Of a stretch of 64,000 nt of DNA, positions 37,483-46,893 are shown one piece after another. A program made the position numbers and the translations under genes. Source of the stretch: an uncultured Acidimicrobiaceae bacterium (GTDB lineage Bacteria > Actinomycetota > Acidimicrobiia > Acidimicrobiales > Palsa-688); contig CAVSAM010000009.1 in assembly GCA_963725935.1 (NCBI GenBank), forward strand, positions 55,321-119,320, read 5' to 3'. A model generated the notes under the pieces. That model had not been told where the DNA came from. It made no database searches and saw only the letters and a program-made list of their open reading frames with translations. Every line of letters starts with the position of its first letter. Positions within the stretch are counted from its first letter, which is position 1.

Positions 37483-39845
37483 TTAGGACGCCAGCGGCAG
37501 GTACTCGCCGTTGGTTTCGCCCGAGTTTGGGGCCAGGGCGACGGCGAGCACGTCGCCGACGGTCTCGGCCAGGGTGAAGGTCATCTTCGAGCGCACCTCC
37601 TCGGGTACGTCCTCGAGGTCCGGGCCATTTCGTGCCGGTAGCACGACCTCTTTCAGACCTGCTCGGTACGCAGCCAGCACCTTCTGCTTGACCCCACCGA
37701 TCGGCAGCACCCTGCCCTGCAGGGTCACCTCGCCGGTCATGCCGACCACCGGGCGCACGGGACGGTCCAGGAGCAGGCTCACGAGCGCCGACACCATCGT
37801 CACGCCGGCCGAAGGGCCGTCCTTGGGGACGGCTCCTGCCGGGACGTGCAGGTGGAACCGCCTGTGACTGAAGGCATCCTTGTCAATGCCGAGCTCGGTC
37901 GCGTGAGCGCGCACGTGTGAGAGCGCGATCTCAGCAGACTCCTTCATGACGTCGCCCAATTGGCCCGTCAAGGTCAGTCCTTCAGCCCCGTCCATGGCGG
38001 TCGCCTCGACGAACAGCACATCTCCGCCGGCTCCAGTCACGGCGAGCCCGGTCGCAACACCAGGCACACTCGTGCGGTCGGCAGCCTCGAAGAAGAAGCG
38101 AGGCCGTCCTAGCCAGGTGCGGACATCGTCAGCACCGATTACTACAGGGGCCTGGGCCGAGCCGGCGGCGAGCTTGGTCGCCACCTTGCGAAGCAACCGC
38201 CCGAGCTCGCGTTCGAGCGAGCGCACGCCTGCCTCCCGTGTGTAGTCGGCCGACACGACACCCAGGGCCTCGTCGGTGATCTCGACCTCGTCGGGCCGCA
38301 GAGCGGTCCGCTCCAACTGCCGGGGCAGCAGGTGGTTCCGCGCGATCGAGCGTTTTTCTGCCTCCGTGTAACCGTCGATCCGGATTACCTCCATCCGGTC
38401 CAGCAACGGCCCAGGGACCGTCTCAGTGACGTTTGCGGTCGCGATGAACAGCACTTTGGACAGGTCCAGCTCGACCTCGAGGTAGTGGTCGCGGAACGTA
38501 TGGTTCTGTGCCGGGTCGAGTACCTCGAGAAGCGCTGATGAGGGATCCCCACGGTAATCGGAACCCACCTTGTCGACTTCGTCCAGGACGATCACGGGGT
38601 TCATGGTCCCGGCTTCGCGTAGCGCGCGGGCGAGCCGGCCCGGTTGGGCTCCCACGTAGGTGCGCCGGTGCCCCCGGATCTCAGCCTCGTCGTGAACCCC
38701 GCCGAGAGAGACGCGCACGAACTTGCGGCCGAGAGCCCGCGCTACCGACTCGCCGAGAGAGGTCTTGCCCACACCAGGGGGCCCGACCAGTGCCAGGATG
38801 GCGCCGGCGCCCCGCCCGCTAACCGGCACGAGGCCGCGTTCGACCTGCAGTGCGCGCACCGCGAGGTACTCGAGGATCCGTTCCTTGACGTCCTCCAGCC
38901 CATCGTGGTCCTCGTCAAGGGCCTGCGCGGCCTCTTTCACGTCGAGGTGGTCTTCGGAAGTCACACCCCATGGCAGCTCCAGCACCGTCTCGAGCCAGGT
39001 CCGGATCCAACCGTGCTCAGGGCTCTGCTCGCTGGTGTGCTCGAGCTTTGCGATCTCGCGCTCGACCGCCCTGAGGACGGCTTCAGGCAGCTCCGCGAAG
39101 CGATCAGGCCGCGAAAGTACTCGGGCGAGCCGTCGTCAGCGTTGCCGTCGAGCTCTCCAAGCTCCTTCCTTATCGCGTCGAGCTGGCGGCGCAACAGGAA
39201 CTCCCGCTGGGTCTTTTCCATACCCTCTTCGACGCTCGTCTTGATCTGCTCGCGCAGGGAAAGGTCCGCGAGCGTCTCACGGGCCCATCCGAGGACCAGG
39301 CGTAGCCGCTTTTCGACGTCGACGGTCTCGAGGACCTCGACCTTTTGTGCAAGCGACAGGTCTGGCGAATAGCCGGCCAGGTCGGCGATCTGCGACGGGT
39401 CGGTAACCTCCCGGAGCCGCTGTGCGAACTGGCGGGCGCCCCGCGTGAGCAGGATGTTCTCCAGCACGGCTCTGTACTCGCGAGCTAGCTCGGTGGCGGC
39501 CTCCGGCACCTCGCCCTCGGCTATCGGGTCCACCTGGACCCACAGGGCCCGGCCGGTGCCGGGCACACCCGTGCCTATGGCAGCGCGTTCCAGGCCACGC
39601 ACCACCATGGCGGGCGGGCCGCCGGGCAGCTCGCCGCGCTCAACGATCTCAGCGACGACCCCGACCGATGCGTACCTCCCCTCGATGCGGGGCACGAGGA
39701 CCAAACGGCCGCCGGCGTTGCCCGCCGCTTCGGTCGCGACCTGGGCGTCCTCGGTCTCCAACGCCATCGTGAACACCATTCCGGGCAGCACAACGCCCGA
39801 GGTCAGTGGCAGTAGAGGCAGTGTCTGAGTCATCTGTTGCGGCAT
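37483..39845 (-). CDS. lon: ATP-dependent Lon protease, split by one apparent frame change
   Basis: ORF 38961-39845 is the Lon N-terminal substrate domain (LPLLPLTSGVVLPGMVFTMALE). ORF 37483-38985 is the AAA+ module (GPPGVGKTSLGESVA) plus the protease domain (PKDGPSAGVTM). The family-typical continuation ..RFAELPEAVLRAVEREIAKLE.. is in the downstream frame. The frame change lies at ~39105-39112. Confidence 0.9.
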
Positions 39846-39866
39846 GTAATCTCCCAGCTAAGTGAT

Positions 39867-39901
39867 GTTGTTACAAGTTTATTGCTTGTCGGTGCAACAA
39901 C
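39867..39901. promoter_or_regulatory. Imperfect inverted repeat in the lon / NiCoT divergent promoter region
   Basis: The sequence is GTTGTTACAAG-TTTATTG-CTTGT(CGGTG)CAACAAC. It sits in the only AT-rich stretch of the 220-nt divergent intergenic region, 22-56 nt upstream of the lon start codon. Confidence 0.35.
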
Positions 39902-40066
39902 TTGCCCTCCCGATTCCTTCCCGACCGGTCGCAGCCGCCCCGAAGCGGGGCCTAGACCGGCCCGATGGGGGGCCGAGACGGCTGTTTTTGCTGCTTGCAG
40001 GACCTAATTGCTTCCAGCTCGCATTTATGCCAGGCTGGGCGGGGAGCGGAGGAGAAGGCAGCCCGG

Positions 40067-41278
40067 ATGGCAACTGAGGTGGCAGCACCGCAGATGAGCA
40101 CCAGGGACATGCTCCGGCTGTCGTTCACCACCTTGACCCACCAGGAGCGCTTCCGGGTCATCGCGATGTACGGCTCGATCGTCGCGATGCACGCCGCGGG
40201 CTTCTTCGTGTTCGCCGTGTTCGTCGTCCCCGCTCATTACCGGGGCCTCGGGATCGGCGTAAGCGTCCTCGCCTATACCCTTGGTCTCCGCCACGCCTTT
40301 GACGCCGACCATATCTCGGCGATCGACAACACGACCCGCAAGAACATGAACGAGCGCCGGGGGACCGACCAGCCGCGCCCTCTTGGCTTTGGGTACTTCT
40401 TCTCCCTTGGCCACTCCACGATCGTGGTCGTCATCGGGGTCGGGATAATCATCGCCGAAAAGACCGTGTTCACCGCGGTTTCCCACAACAATTCCGGGCT
40501 GGAACAATTCGGCGGGGTGTTCGGCACGATCGTGTCGGCAACGTTCCTGTTCCTGATCGGGGCGCTAAACCTCATAGTCCTGGCTGGCATCGTCAAGGTG
40601 TTCCGTTCTATGCACCGCGGCGAGTACGACGAGGCGGCGCTGGAGCGTCAGCTAGACAACCGTGGTTTTTTCTACCGGTTCTTTGGCCGCTGGATGAAGG
40701 CAATCGACAAGGAATGGAAGATGTACCCCGTCGGGGTGCTGTTCGGTATGGGCTTCGACACTGCGTCTGAGGTCGCCCTGCTGGCTACCACTGCGCTGTA
40801 CGCATCTCGCCACGTCCCTTGGTACGCGATCATCTGCCTGCCCATCCTGTTCATGGCCGGGATGACGCTGATGGACACCACGGACGGGTTGTTCATGAAC
40901 CTGGCGTACGGGTGGGCCTTTTTCAACCCGGTGCGCAAGGTGTACTACAACCTGGCGATCACCGCCTTGTCGGTGGGGATCTGCTTTTTTATCGGCGGTG
41001 TGGAGACGCTCGGCCTCATCCCGATGGAGGTGCACAGCCTGAGCCGGTCGCACGGTTTTTGGGGTTTTATGTACAACTTCAATATCAACACGGCAGGCTT
41101 TGCGATAGTTGGGATGTTCGTTGCGACCTGGGCCGTGGCCATGTTGGTCTGGCGCTACGGCCATATCGAAGAGAAATGGACGGCGCGTCTCCAGGAGGCA
41201 GGCGCGGGAGTGGTCGTGGGCGCGGATCCCATGATCGATTTGAGCTCGAGGACGATTGTGCCGTCGCTGAGCGATTGA
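40067..41278 (+). CDS. NiCoT (HoxN/HupN/NixA) family nickel/cobalt transporter
   Basis: ATG at 40067 after GGAGAAGG. The signature is LGLRHAFDADHISAIDNTTRK and the second motif is GMGFDTASEVALL. The protein has 8 TM helices. Confidence 0.9.
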   Translation: MATEVAAPQMSTRDMLRLSFTTLTHQERFRVIAMYGSIVAMHAAGFFVFAVFVVPAHYRGLGIGVSVLAYTLGLRHAFDADHISAIDNTTRKNMNERRGTDQPRPLGFGYFFSLGHSTIVVVIGVGIIIAEKTVFTAVSHNNSGLEQFGGVFGTIVSATFLFLIGALNLIVLAGIVKVFRSMHRGEYDEAALERQLDNRGFFYRFFGRWMKAIDKEWKMYPVGVLFGMGFDTASEVALLATTALYASRHVPWYAIICLPILFMAGMTLMDTTDGLFMNLAYGWAFFNPVRKVYYNLAITALSVGICFFIGGVETLGLIPMEVHSLSRSHGFWGFMYNFNINTAGFAIVGMFVATWAVAMLVWRYGHIEEKWTARLQEAGAGVVVGADPMIDLSSRTIVPSLSD

Positions 41279-41357
41279 CCTCATGGCAGTGGTGGACTTC
41301 GGGGCACCACAGAAGGGGCCGCGCCGATTAGGGCGGCGCTAGCTTGAAGCCCTGACC

Positions 41358-42446
41358 ATGGACGAACCGAGCCTGAGGGACGAACTGAGCCTGAGGGGCG
41401 AACAGAGCCTGAGAGCACTGTCTCCTGCGTCGAGCGAGCTCGTCGAACGCGGGGACCTCGACGAGCTCACCCGGCACGTCAACCGCCTGGTTGCCAGCGC
41501 AGACTGGGACGAGTTGGCCGAGCTCAGGGTGCGTTGCCGCTTGGCGGTCGAACGCGGCAAGCAACTCTGGGCCGTGGCAGCCCACATCGAGTACCGCCTC
41601 GCCCTGGAGGCGCCTGGGCGTTGGGCTGCGACGATGCTGGAGACAGCCCCCGGGCGCTTCGCGCTCGGCCCTCTGCCCGAGGTAGCAGCCTCGACCCACA
41701 CCTGGGAAGAGCTTTCACCGCATCTTCATCCCACACCCCAAGCGGCAATGGCGGCCCACGAAAGGGTGATGCGCGGGGACGACCTGACCAACGACCCCGT
41801 AGCCATCGAGTTGCCCGATGTCCTTGACCTTCCTTGGTCGCTGCAACCGTGGGAGCCGTCCTACGCCCTGGCCGAGTACGAGCCCGACCGGATGGGCGCA
41901 CCGTCGCCGAAGCTGCCAGCGCTGACGCCGCTGGCTGCGGCGCCCCCGGGGAGTGAGAGAGCCTCTCGGAGGGCCTCACCGCTTGGTCGGGGCGGAGCCG
42001 ACGGGGTGGCCAGCTCGCTTGTGGACCTGGTCAGCACCTGGACGGAGGAGTCGAACGGGCGAGCCGAGGCCATCGGCGTCAGCGGGGATGCCTTGGGGGC
42101 AATTGACGCGCTCGGAGCGCGACCGCGAGAGGTTGCGCAACTCGAGCCGCCTATGGCGCTCGCTGCGATGGGGTGGGCAGCGGCGAGCGGCGGCGCACAC
42201 GGTCGGCGGCGCGGCGCGGCACCCGGCCGTTTCGCGGCGTGGCTGGTCCTGGTGGCACTTGGCGACCTGGCTGCGAAGTGGCCGCTCGCTCCGGACGAGC
42301 TGGGCGAGGTCCTGCATCAGGTCCGCTGGTACGCATGGGGGGCCGGCGAACCTTCAACGGGCTGGGCGTTGCGCCTCGCCGTCGAGAGTGTAGCCGGGCC
42401 GACCAAGGACCGGGCTTGGGCCGTGAGCGCTACCGACGCTGTGTAG
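41358..42446 (+). CDS. Conserved-looking hypothetical protein (362 aa)
   Basis: Balanced, non-repetitive sequence after an N-terminal DEPSLR/DELSLR/GEQSLR triplet. No domain was recognised. Confidence 0.6.
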   Translation: MDEPSLRDELSLRGEQSLRALSPASSELVERGDLDELTRHVNRLVASADWDELAELRVRCRLAVERGKQLWAVAAHIEYRLALEAPGRWAATMLETAPGRFALGPLPEVAASTHTWEELSPHLHPTPQAAMAAHERVMRGDDLTNDPVAIELPDVLDLPWSLQPWEPSYALAEYEPDRMGAPSPKLPALTPLAAAPPGSERASRRASPLGRGGADGVASSLVDLVSTWTEESNGRAEAIGVSGDALGAIDALGARPREVAQLEPPMALAAMGWAAASGGAHGRRRGAAPGRFAAWLVLVALGDLAAKWPLAPDELGEVLHQVRWYAWGAGEPSTGWALRLAVESVAGPTKDRAWAVSATDAV

Positions 42447-42501
42447 TGCTGGACCAGGCAGGCGACGTTGCCCATAGGGAGCCGTTGGGTAGCCTGACTT
42501 A

Positions 42502-44697
42502 ATGCCGGCGCACTCAGCCGTGGACGCGAAGGGCGAAATGAGCAACGACAATTGGTCGGGGCCGGTGCTGGAAGTCGAAGGCCTGTGTACTGAGTTCCAC
42601 TTGCGCCACGCCACCGCCCGGGCAGTGGACACGGTGTCGTTCTCGGTCCGCAGGGGCGAGTGCCTGGGTTTGGTGGGGGAGTCGGGTTGCGGCAAGACGA
42701 CGATCGGCCTGTCTGTGCTGAAGCTCCTGCCCCAGGTTGGTCACATCACGGCTGGGACGGTCCGCCTCAATGGCCGCGACCTCGTCGGCCTCGACGAGCG
42801 ACAAATGAGACGGGTCCGCGGTAACGAGATCGCGATGATCTTCCAGGACCCGATGACCTCGCTGAACCCGACATGGACCATCGGTCGCCAGATAGCGGAG
42901 CCGGTGAGGATCCATAGGGGGGCAACCAAGAAGGAGGCGCTCGGGCGCGCCGTCGAGGTGCTCAACCTCGTGGGCATGCCCCGACCAGAGGAACGGCTGA
43001 CCCAGTACCCGCACCAGCTTTCCGGCGGGCTGCGCCAGCGTGTGATGATCGCCATGGCGCTGGCGTGCGAGCCGAAGCTGCTGATAGCGGACGAGCCGAC
43101 GACCGCGCTGGACGTCACCATCCAGGCGCAGATCCTCGACCTGATCGACTCGCTTAGGCAACGCCTGGACATGGCGGTGCTGCTCATCACCCACGACATG
43201 GGAGTGATCGCATCCCGTACCGACAGGGTTATGGTCATGTACGCCGGGAAGATCGTCGAGGGCGCTGGCACTCGTGAGCTCTTCGATACCATCCGCCACC
43301 CTTATTCCGAGGCGCTCTTCGAGTCGATCCCGCGCCTCGACCAGGACCGCGAGCGACGCCTGTACTCGATCCCCGGAGTGCCGCCCGATCTATCCACGGA
43401 GCTCGTTGGTTGCCGGTTCTCTCCTCGGTGCCAGTACGCCACGGAGGTCTGCACCGAGCTGGAGCCCGTCCTTTCGCTCGGAACCGGGCCGAGCGCCCCG
43501 TCTGCGCCGGGGGACCTCGCGGCCGCGGCGGGTAGCGAGCACGTCTTTGCCTGCCACCACCCTGTCGCTGCGACCCGCACTGAACGCCTCGCCTTTCATC
43601 AAGCCAATGGCGACCGTGCGCTGTCAAGCGGAACAGCGAACGCGCAACCCCTCCACCACGTCAGCGCCGAGCGGGAGGTGTTGCTTCAGGTCAGCCGGCT
43701 CGAAAAGGAGTACACCGTCACCGCCGGCGCGGTTGTGCAGCGCAAGGTCGGGACCGTGAAGGCTGTGTCCGACGTGTCGTTCTCCTTGCACCGGGGAGAG
43801 ACGCTCGGCCTCGTGGGCGAGTCGGGATGTGGCAAGACGACCATCGGTAGGTTGGTGGTCGGCCTCGAGCGGCCGACCGGTGGCGCGGTCCACTTCGAGG
43901 GCGAGGAGGTCTCCGCTCTCAAGGGAGCCCGGCTCCGCCGCCGCCGGCGAGACCTCCAGCTCATGTTCCAGGACCCCTATTCGTCCCTCGACCCGAGGAT
44001 GCGCGTGGGCTCGATCGTCGGTGAACCCCTCCGGATCCAGCACATCGGCACCCGCGGTGAGCGGGAGCAGCGCGTTTCCGAGGTGCTCGCCGAGGTTGGG
44101 CTTTCGCCCAAAGCGGCCAACCTGTACCCCCATGAGTTCTCCGGTGGCCAGCGCCAGCGCATCGGCCTCGCCCGCGCTCTCGTGCTGCACCCGAAGCTCA
44201 TCGTTGCCGATGAACCAGTTTCGGCTCTCGATGTTTCAATACAGGCTCAGATCCTCAACCTGGTCCGCTCCTTGCAGGAGCGCCATCACCTGACCTTGAT
44301 TGTGATCTCCCACGACCTGGCGGTCCTGAAGTACCTCGCCGACACCATCGGGGTCATGTACCTTGGCAAGCTCGTCGAGATCGGCCCAGCGGCAGATGTG
44401 TACGCCCATGCTGCCCACCCCTACACCCAGGGGCTTATCGACACGATCCCGGTCCCGGACCCAGAGACCGCCAGGTTGCACCGCTCTGCCGCAGTTAAAG
44501 GAGAGCTCCCGTCGTCTATTTCGCCGCCGGACGGCTGCCGTTTCCGTACTCGTTGCCCGTTCGCACAGGCCATTTGCGCCGAGGAAGAACCTCCGCTGCG
44601 CCCCTTCGGCACGGGTCATCAAGCGGCGTGCCATTTCCCGCTCCAGCCACCGGTCGGCGACGACCAGGTGGCCTACAGCGCAGCCTCGTCGGCCTGA
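42502..44697 (+). CDS. Fused double ATP-binding protein of a peptide/nickel (Dpp/Opp-type) ABC transporter
   Basis: Two complete ABC cassettes are present.
- Cassette 1: GESGCGKTT, LSGGLRQRVMIAMAL, LLIADEPTTALD.
- Cassette 2: GESGCGKTT, FSGGQRQRIGLARAL, LIVADEPVSALD.
Each is followed by the oligopeptide-type C-terminal extension. The start could be 42538. Confidence 0.9.
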   Translation: MPAHSAVDAKGEMSNDNWSGPVLEVEGLCTEFHLRHATARAVDTVSFSVRRGECLGLVGESGCGKTTIGLSVLKLLPQVGHITAGTVRLNGRDLVGLDERQMRRVRGNEIAMIFQDPMTSLNPTWTIGRQIAEPVRIHRGATKKEALGRAVEVLNLVGMPRPEERLTQYPHQLSGGLRQRVMIAMALACEPKLLIADEPTTALDVTIQAQILDLIDSLRQRLDMAVLLITHDMGVIASRTDRVMVMYAGKIVEGAGTRELFDTIRHPYSEALFESIPRLDQDRERRLYSIPGVPPDLSTELVGCRFSPRCQYATEVCTELEPVLSLGTGPSAPSAPGDLAAAAGSEHVFACHHPVAATRTERLAFHQANGDRALSSGTANAQPLHHVSAEREVLLQVSRLEKEYTVTAGAVVQRKVGTVKAVSDVSFSLHRGETLGLVGESGCGKTTIGRLVVGLERPTGGAVHFEGEEVSALKGARLRRRRRDLQLMFQDPYSSLDPRMRVGSIVGEPLRIQHIGTRGEREQRVSEVLAEVGLSPKAANLYPHEFSGGQRQRIGLARALVLHPKLIVADEPVSALDVSIQAQILNLVRSLQERHHLTLIVISHDLAVLKYLADTIGVMYLGKLVEIGPAADVYAHAAHPYTQGLIDTIPVPDPETARLHRSAAVKGELPSSISPPDGCRFRTRCPFAQAICAEEEPPLRPFGTGHQAACHFPLQPPVGDDQVAYSAASSA

Positions 44698-44798
44698 GTA
44701 GTGCCACGACAGGCAACGTTTGCCCGGTTTGGCGCCCGGCACCGGTGCCCTTACTGCGCGTCTTTTGGGTCGCCAAAATGGGCGAAACGTTCCTGGAG

Positions 44799-44840
44799 GC
44801 AGCACTAGGTCGGCAGCACTAAGTCGGTAGCAGTGCCCTC
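44799..44840. repeat. 14-nt tandem repeat x 3 (degenerate) at the 3' end of the permease gene
   Basis: The three units are GGCAGCACTAGGTC, GGCAGCACTAAGTC and GGTAGCAGTGCCCT. Confidence 0.6.
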
Positions 44841-45844
44841 AGCGCCGCTGTAGCCGGACGTCGAGGGTGTCGCGCAAGCCGTCGCCCAAGAAGTTGAAGG
44901 CCACGACCGTCAACACGATCGCGATGCCGGCGGGGTACAGCTGCCACCAGTACCCGTCGTAGATGACCTGGGTCCCGTTGGAGAGCATCCCACCCCATGT
45001 GGGTATCGTGTCCGGGAGGCCGAGACCGAGGTAGCTGAGTGCTGCGAGCGCGAGGATCGAGTCGGCGATAAGGAACGAAGTGTTCACCATGATCGTGCCA
45101 ATGGCGTTGGGGACGATATGGCGCAGCACGATCCGGCTCTGGGTGCCGCCGGCAACCCTCACCGCCTGGACGTACTCCCGCGTGCGCAGGCTGAGCGCCT
45201 CGCCGCGCACCAGGCGGGCCGGCCAGCCACGAAATGAAAGCGAGGACGAAGATCATGAGCGGGAGGTTCGGGCTGAAGATCGCGGCGAGCAGGATGAGGA
45301 GAAATAGGGCAGGCAGCGAGTAAAGGGCGTCGACGATGCGCATCATGACTGCGTCGACCAGCCCGCCCGCCACGGCAGAAACCGCTCCATAGAGCGTGCC
45401 GAAGATCGCGGCGCAGAGCCCGGCGGCCAGCCCTATTTCTATCGAGCTCTGACCCGCTACCATGAGCCGGCCGAGCACGTCGAAGCCCTCGCCGTCAGTG
45501 CCCAGAATATGGCTTCCGCTCGGGCCGTAGTTGTTTATCGCTGGGTTGAGGCTCACTTGGTTCGTGATGTAGATATGCGGGCCAACGAAGCAGAAAAGGA
45601 CAAGGAACAGTAGGATGATCATCCCTGCGAGTGCGACCTTGTTCTCGAGGAAGGTCATCACGGTCAGCCGCAGCATGCTGCCTGAGGACTTCGCCTCTCC
45701 TCCCTCAACGTGTTCGGGGTCGCCGCTTGTGCCGTCGATCCCTGCAGCAAAGGCACCCGAGGCCGCTGCGGCTCCTGCCGGGAAAAACTCCTTTTCCTCC
45801 AGGGCTTCGGAACCCTCATCGGGACGACGAACAACGTCGGCCAT
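44839..45844 (-). CDS. Peptide ABC transporter permease (DppC/OppC-like), one apparent frame change
   Basis: The upstream part of ORF 44819-45844, up to ..AFISW, continues in ORF 44839-45210 as ..LVRGEALSLRTREYVQAVRVAGGTQSRIVLRHIVPN.., the classical EAA-loop region. The frame change lies at ~45218-45232 in a GGCCGGCC run. Confidence 0.85.
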
Positions 45845-46788
45845 CAGTACCGGATCCTCGGGTCGAGCACGGCGTAGCCAATGTCAGCCACAAGGTTGCC
45901 GACGATCACACCTATGGCCGCAACTAGTGTTAGGCCCAGCAGCACTGGGAAGTCCTCGCTGTCGGCCGATTGAATGAACAGCAGCCCGACACCAGGGTAA
46001 TTGAAGACCTGTTCAGTGATAATAGCGCCCGAGAGGAGCGCCGGGATCGACAGCCCGATCAGCGTAGCCATCGGGATCAACGAATTGCGCAAGGCATGCC
46101 GGAGCAGTATTGCGCGCTGGCTCACGCCTTTTGCCTTCGCTGTGCGGATGTAGTCCTGGGCAAGGCTGTCGATCATCGAGGAGCGCATGTAGCGGCTGTA
46201 GGAGGCGATGCTTACGAGAGCCAGCGTCGTTACCGGCAGTATCAGGGCCTTCCAATCGGACAGGATCTGTCCCACGTTTGTGCCTTGCGGTGCGAACGGG
46301 GGCAGTACGCGCAACGTGATGGCGAAGATCTCGATCAGGATGATGCCGAGCCAGAACGTTGGGAACGAGTAGAGGACGAACGACGCTCCGGTAAGTGCGT
46401 AGTCATCAACCGTGTTGCGGCGGTACCCCTGGACGATCCCGAGCGGGATGGCGACCACGATGGCCACAAGTGTGGCAAGGCCGACGAGCAAGATGCTCTT
46501 CGGGAAACGCTGGGTGAACAAAAGCGACACCGAGGCGTTCTGGATGTAGGAAAAACCAAGGTTACCGTGTGCCAAACGGTCGATGTAAACCCAGAACTGG
46601 TACCAAAGCGGCTTGTTCAGCCCGAGTAGCTTGTCAAAAGCGGCAATCGATTGGGGCTGAGCCTTCGGCCCGAGCTCGGCTTTGGCGGGGTTGCCGGGCA
46701 GGATATGGAACATTACGAACATGATGATGGTCACAAGCAGCAGCACCACGGCGGACTGCAGGACCCGCCTGAAGACGTAACCGGTCAA
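45844..46788 (-). CDS. Peptide ABC transporter permease (DppB/OppB-like)
   Basis: 314 aa containing MTGYVFRRVLQSAVVLLLVTIIMFVMFHILPGNP and ..YIRTAKAKGVSQRAILLRHALRNSLIPMATLIG... Confidence 0.9.
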   Translation of the reverse strand: MTGYVFRRVLQSAVVLLLVTIIMFVMFHILPGNPAKAELGPKAQPQSIAAFDKLLGLNKPLWYQFWVYIDRLAHGNLGFSYIQNASVSLLFTQRFPKSILLVGLATLVAIVVAIPLGIVQGYRRNTVDDYALTGASFVLYSFPTFWLGIILIEIFAITLRVLPPFAPQGTNVGQILSDWKALILPVTTLALVSIASYSRYMRSSMIDSLAQDYIRTAKAKGVSQRAILLRHALRNSLIPMATLIGLSIPALLSGAIITEQVFNYPGVGLLFIQSADSEDFPVLLGLTLVAAIGVIVGNLVADIGYAVLDPRIRY

Positions 46789-46893
46789 GTTAGGTCCTTA
46801 GCTCGGAGCACCAGATAACAACCGGGCCATGGAGAAAACTGTCGTCCATGGCCCGGTCACGTTCCATTTTTGCGCTATTCCTCTACGTCGTCC

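Noticed and set aside
39846-40066. Cobalamin or NiCo riboswitch upstream of the NiCoT transporter gene.
   Set aside because: I looked for the B12-box, the GCCACTG and GGTG..AA..CC core elements, and the NiCo four-way-junction conserved Gs. I found only vague resemblances such as GCCAGGCTGGGC. This is not supportable without a covariance-model search (Rfam RF00174/RF02683).
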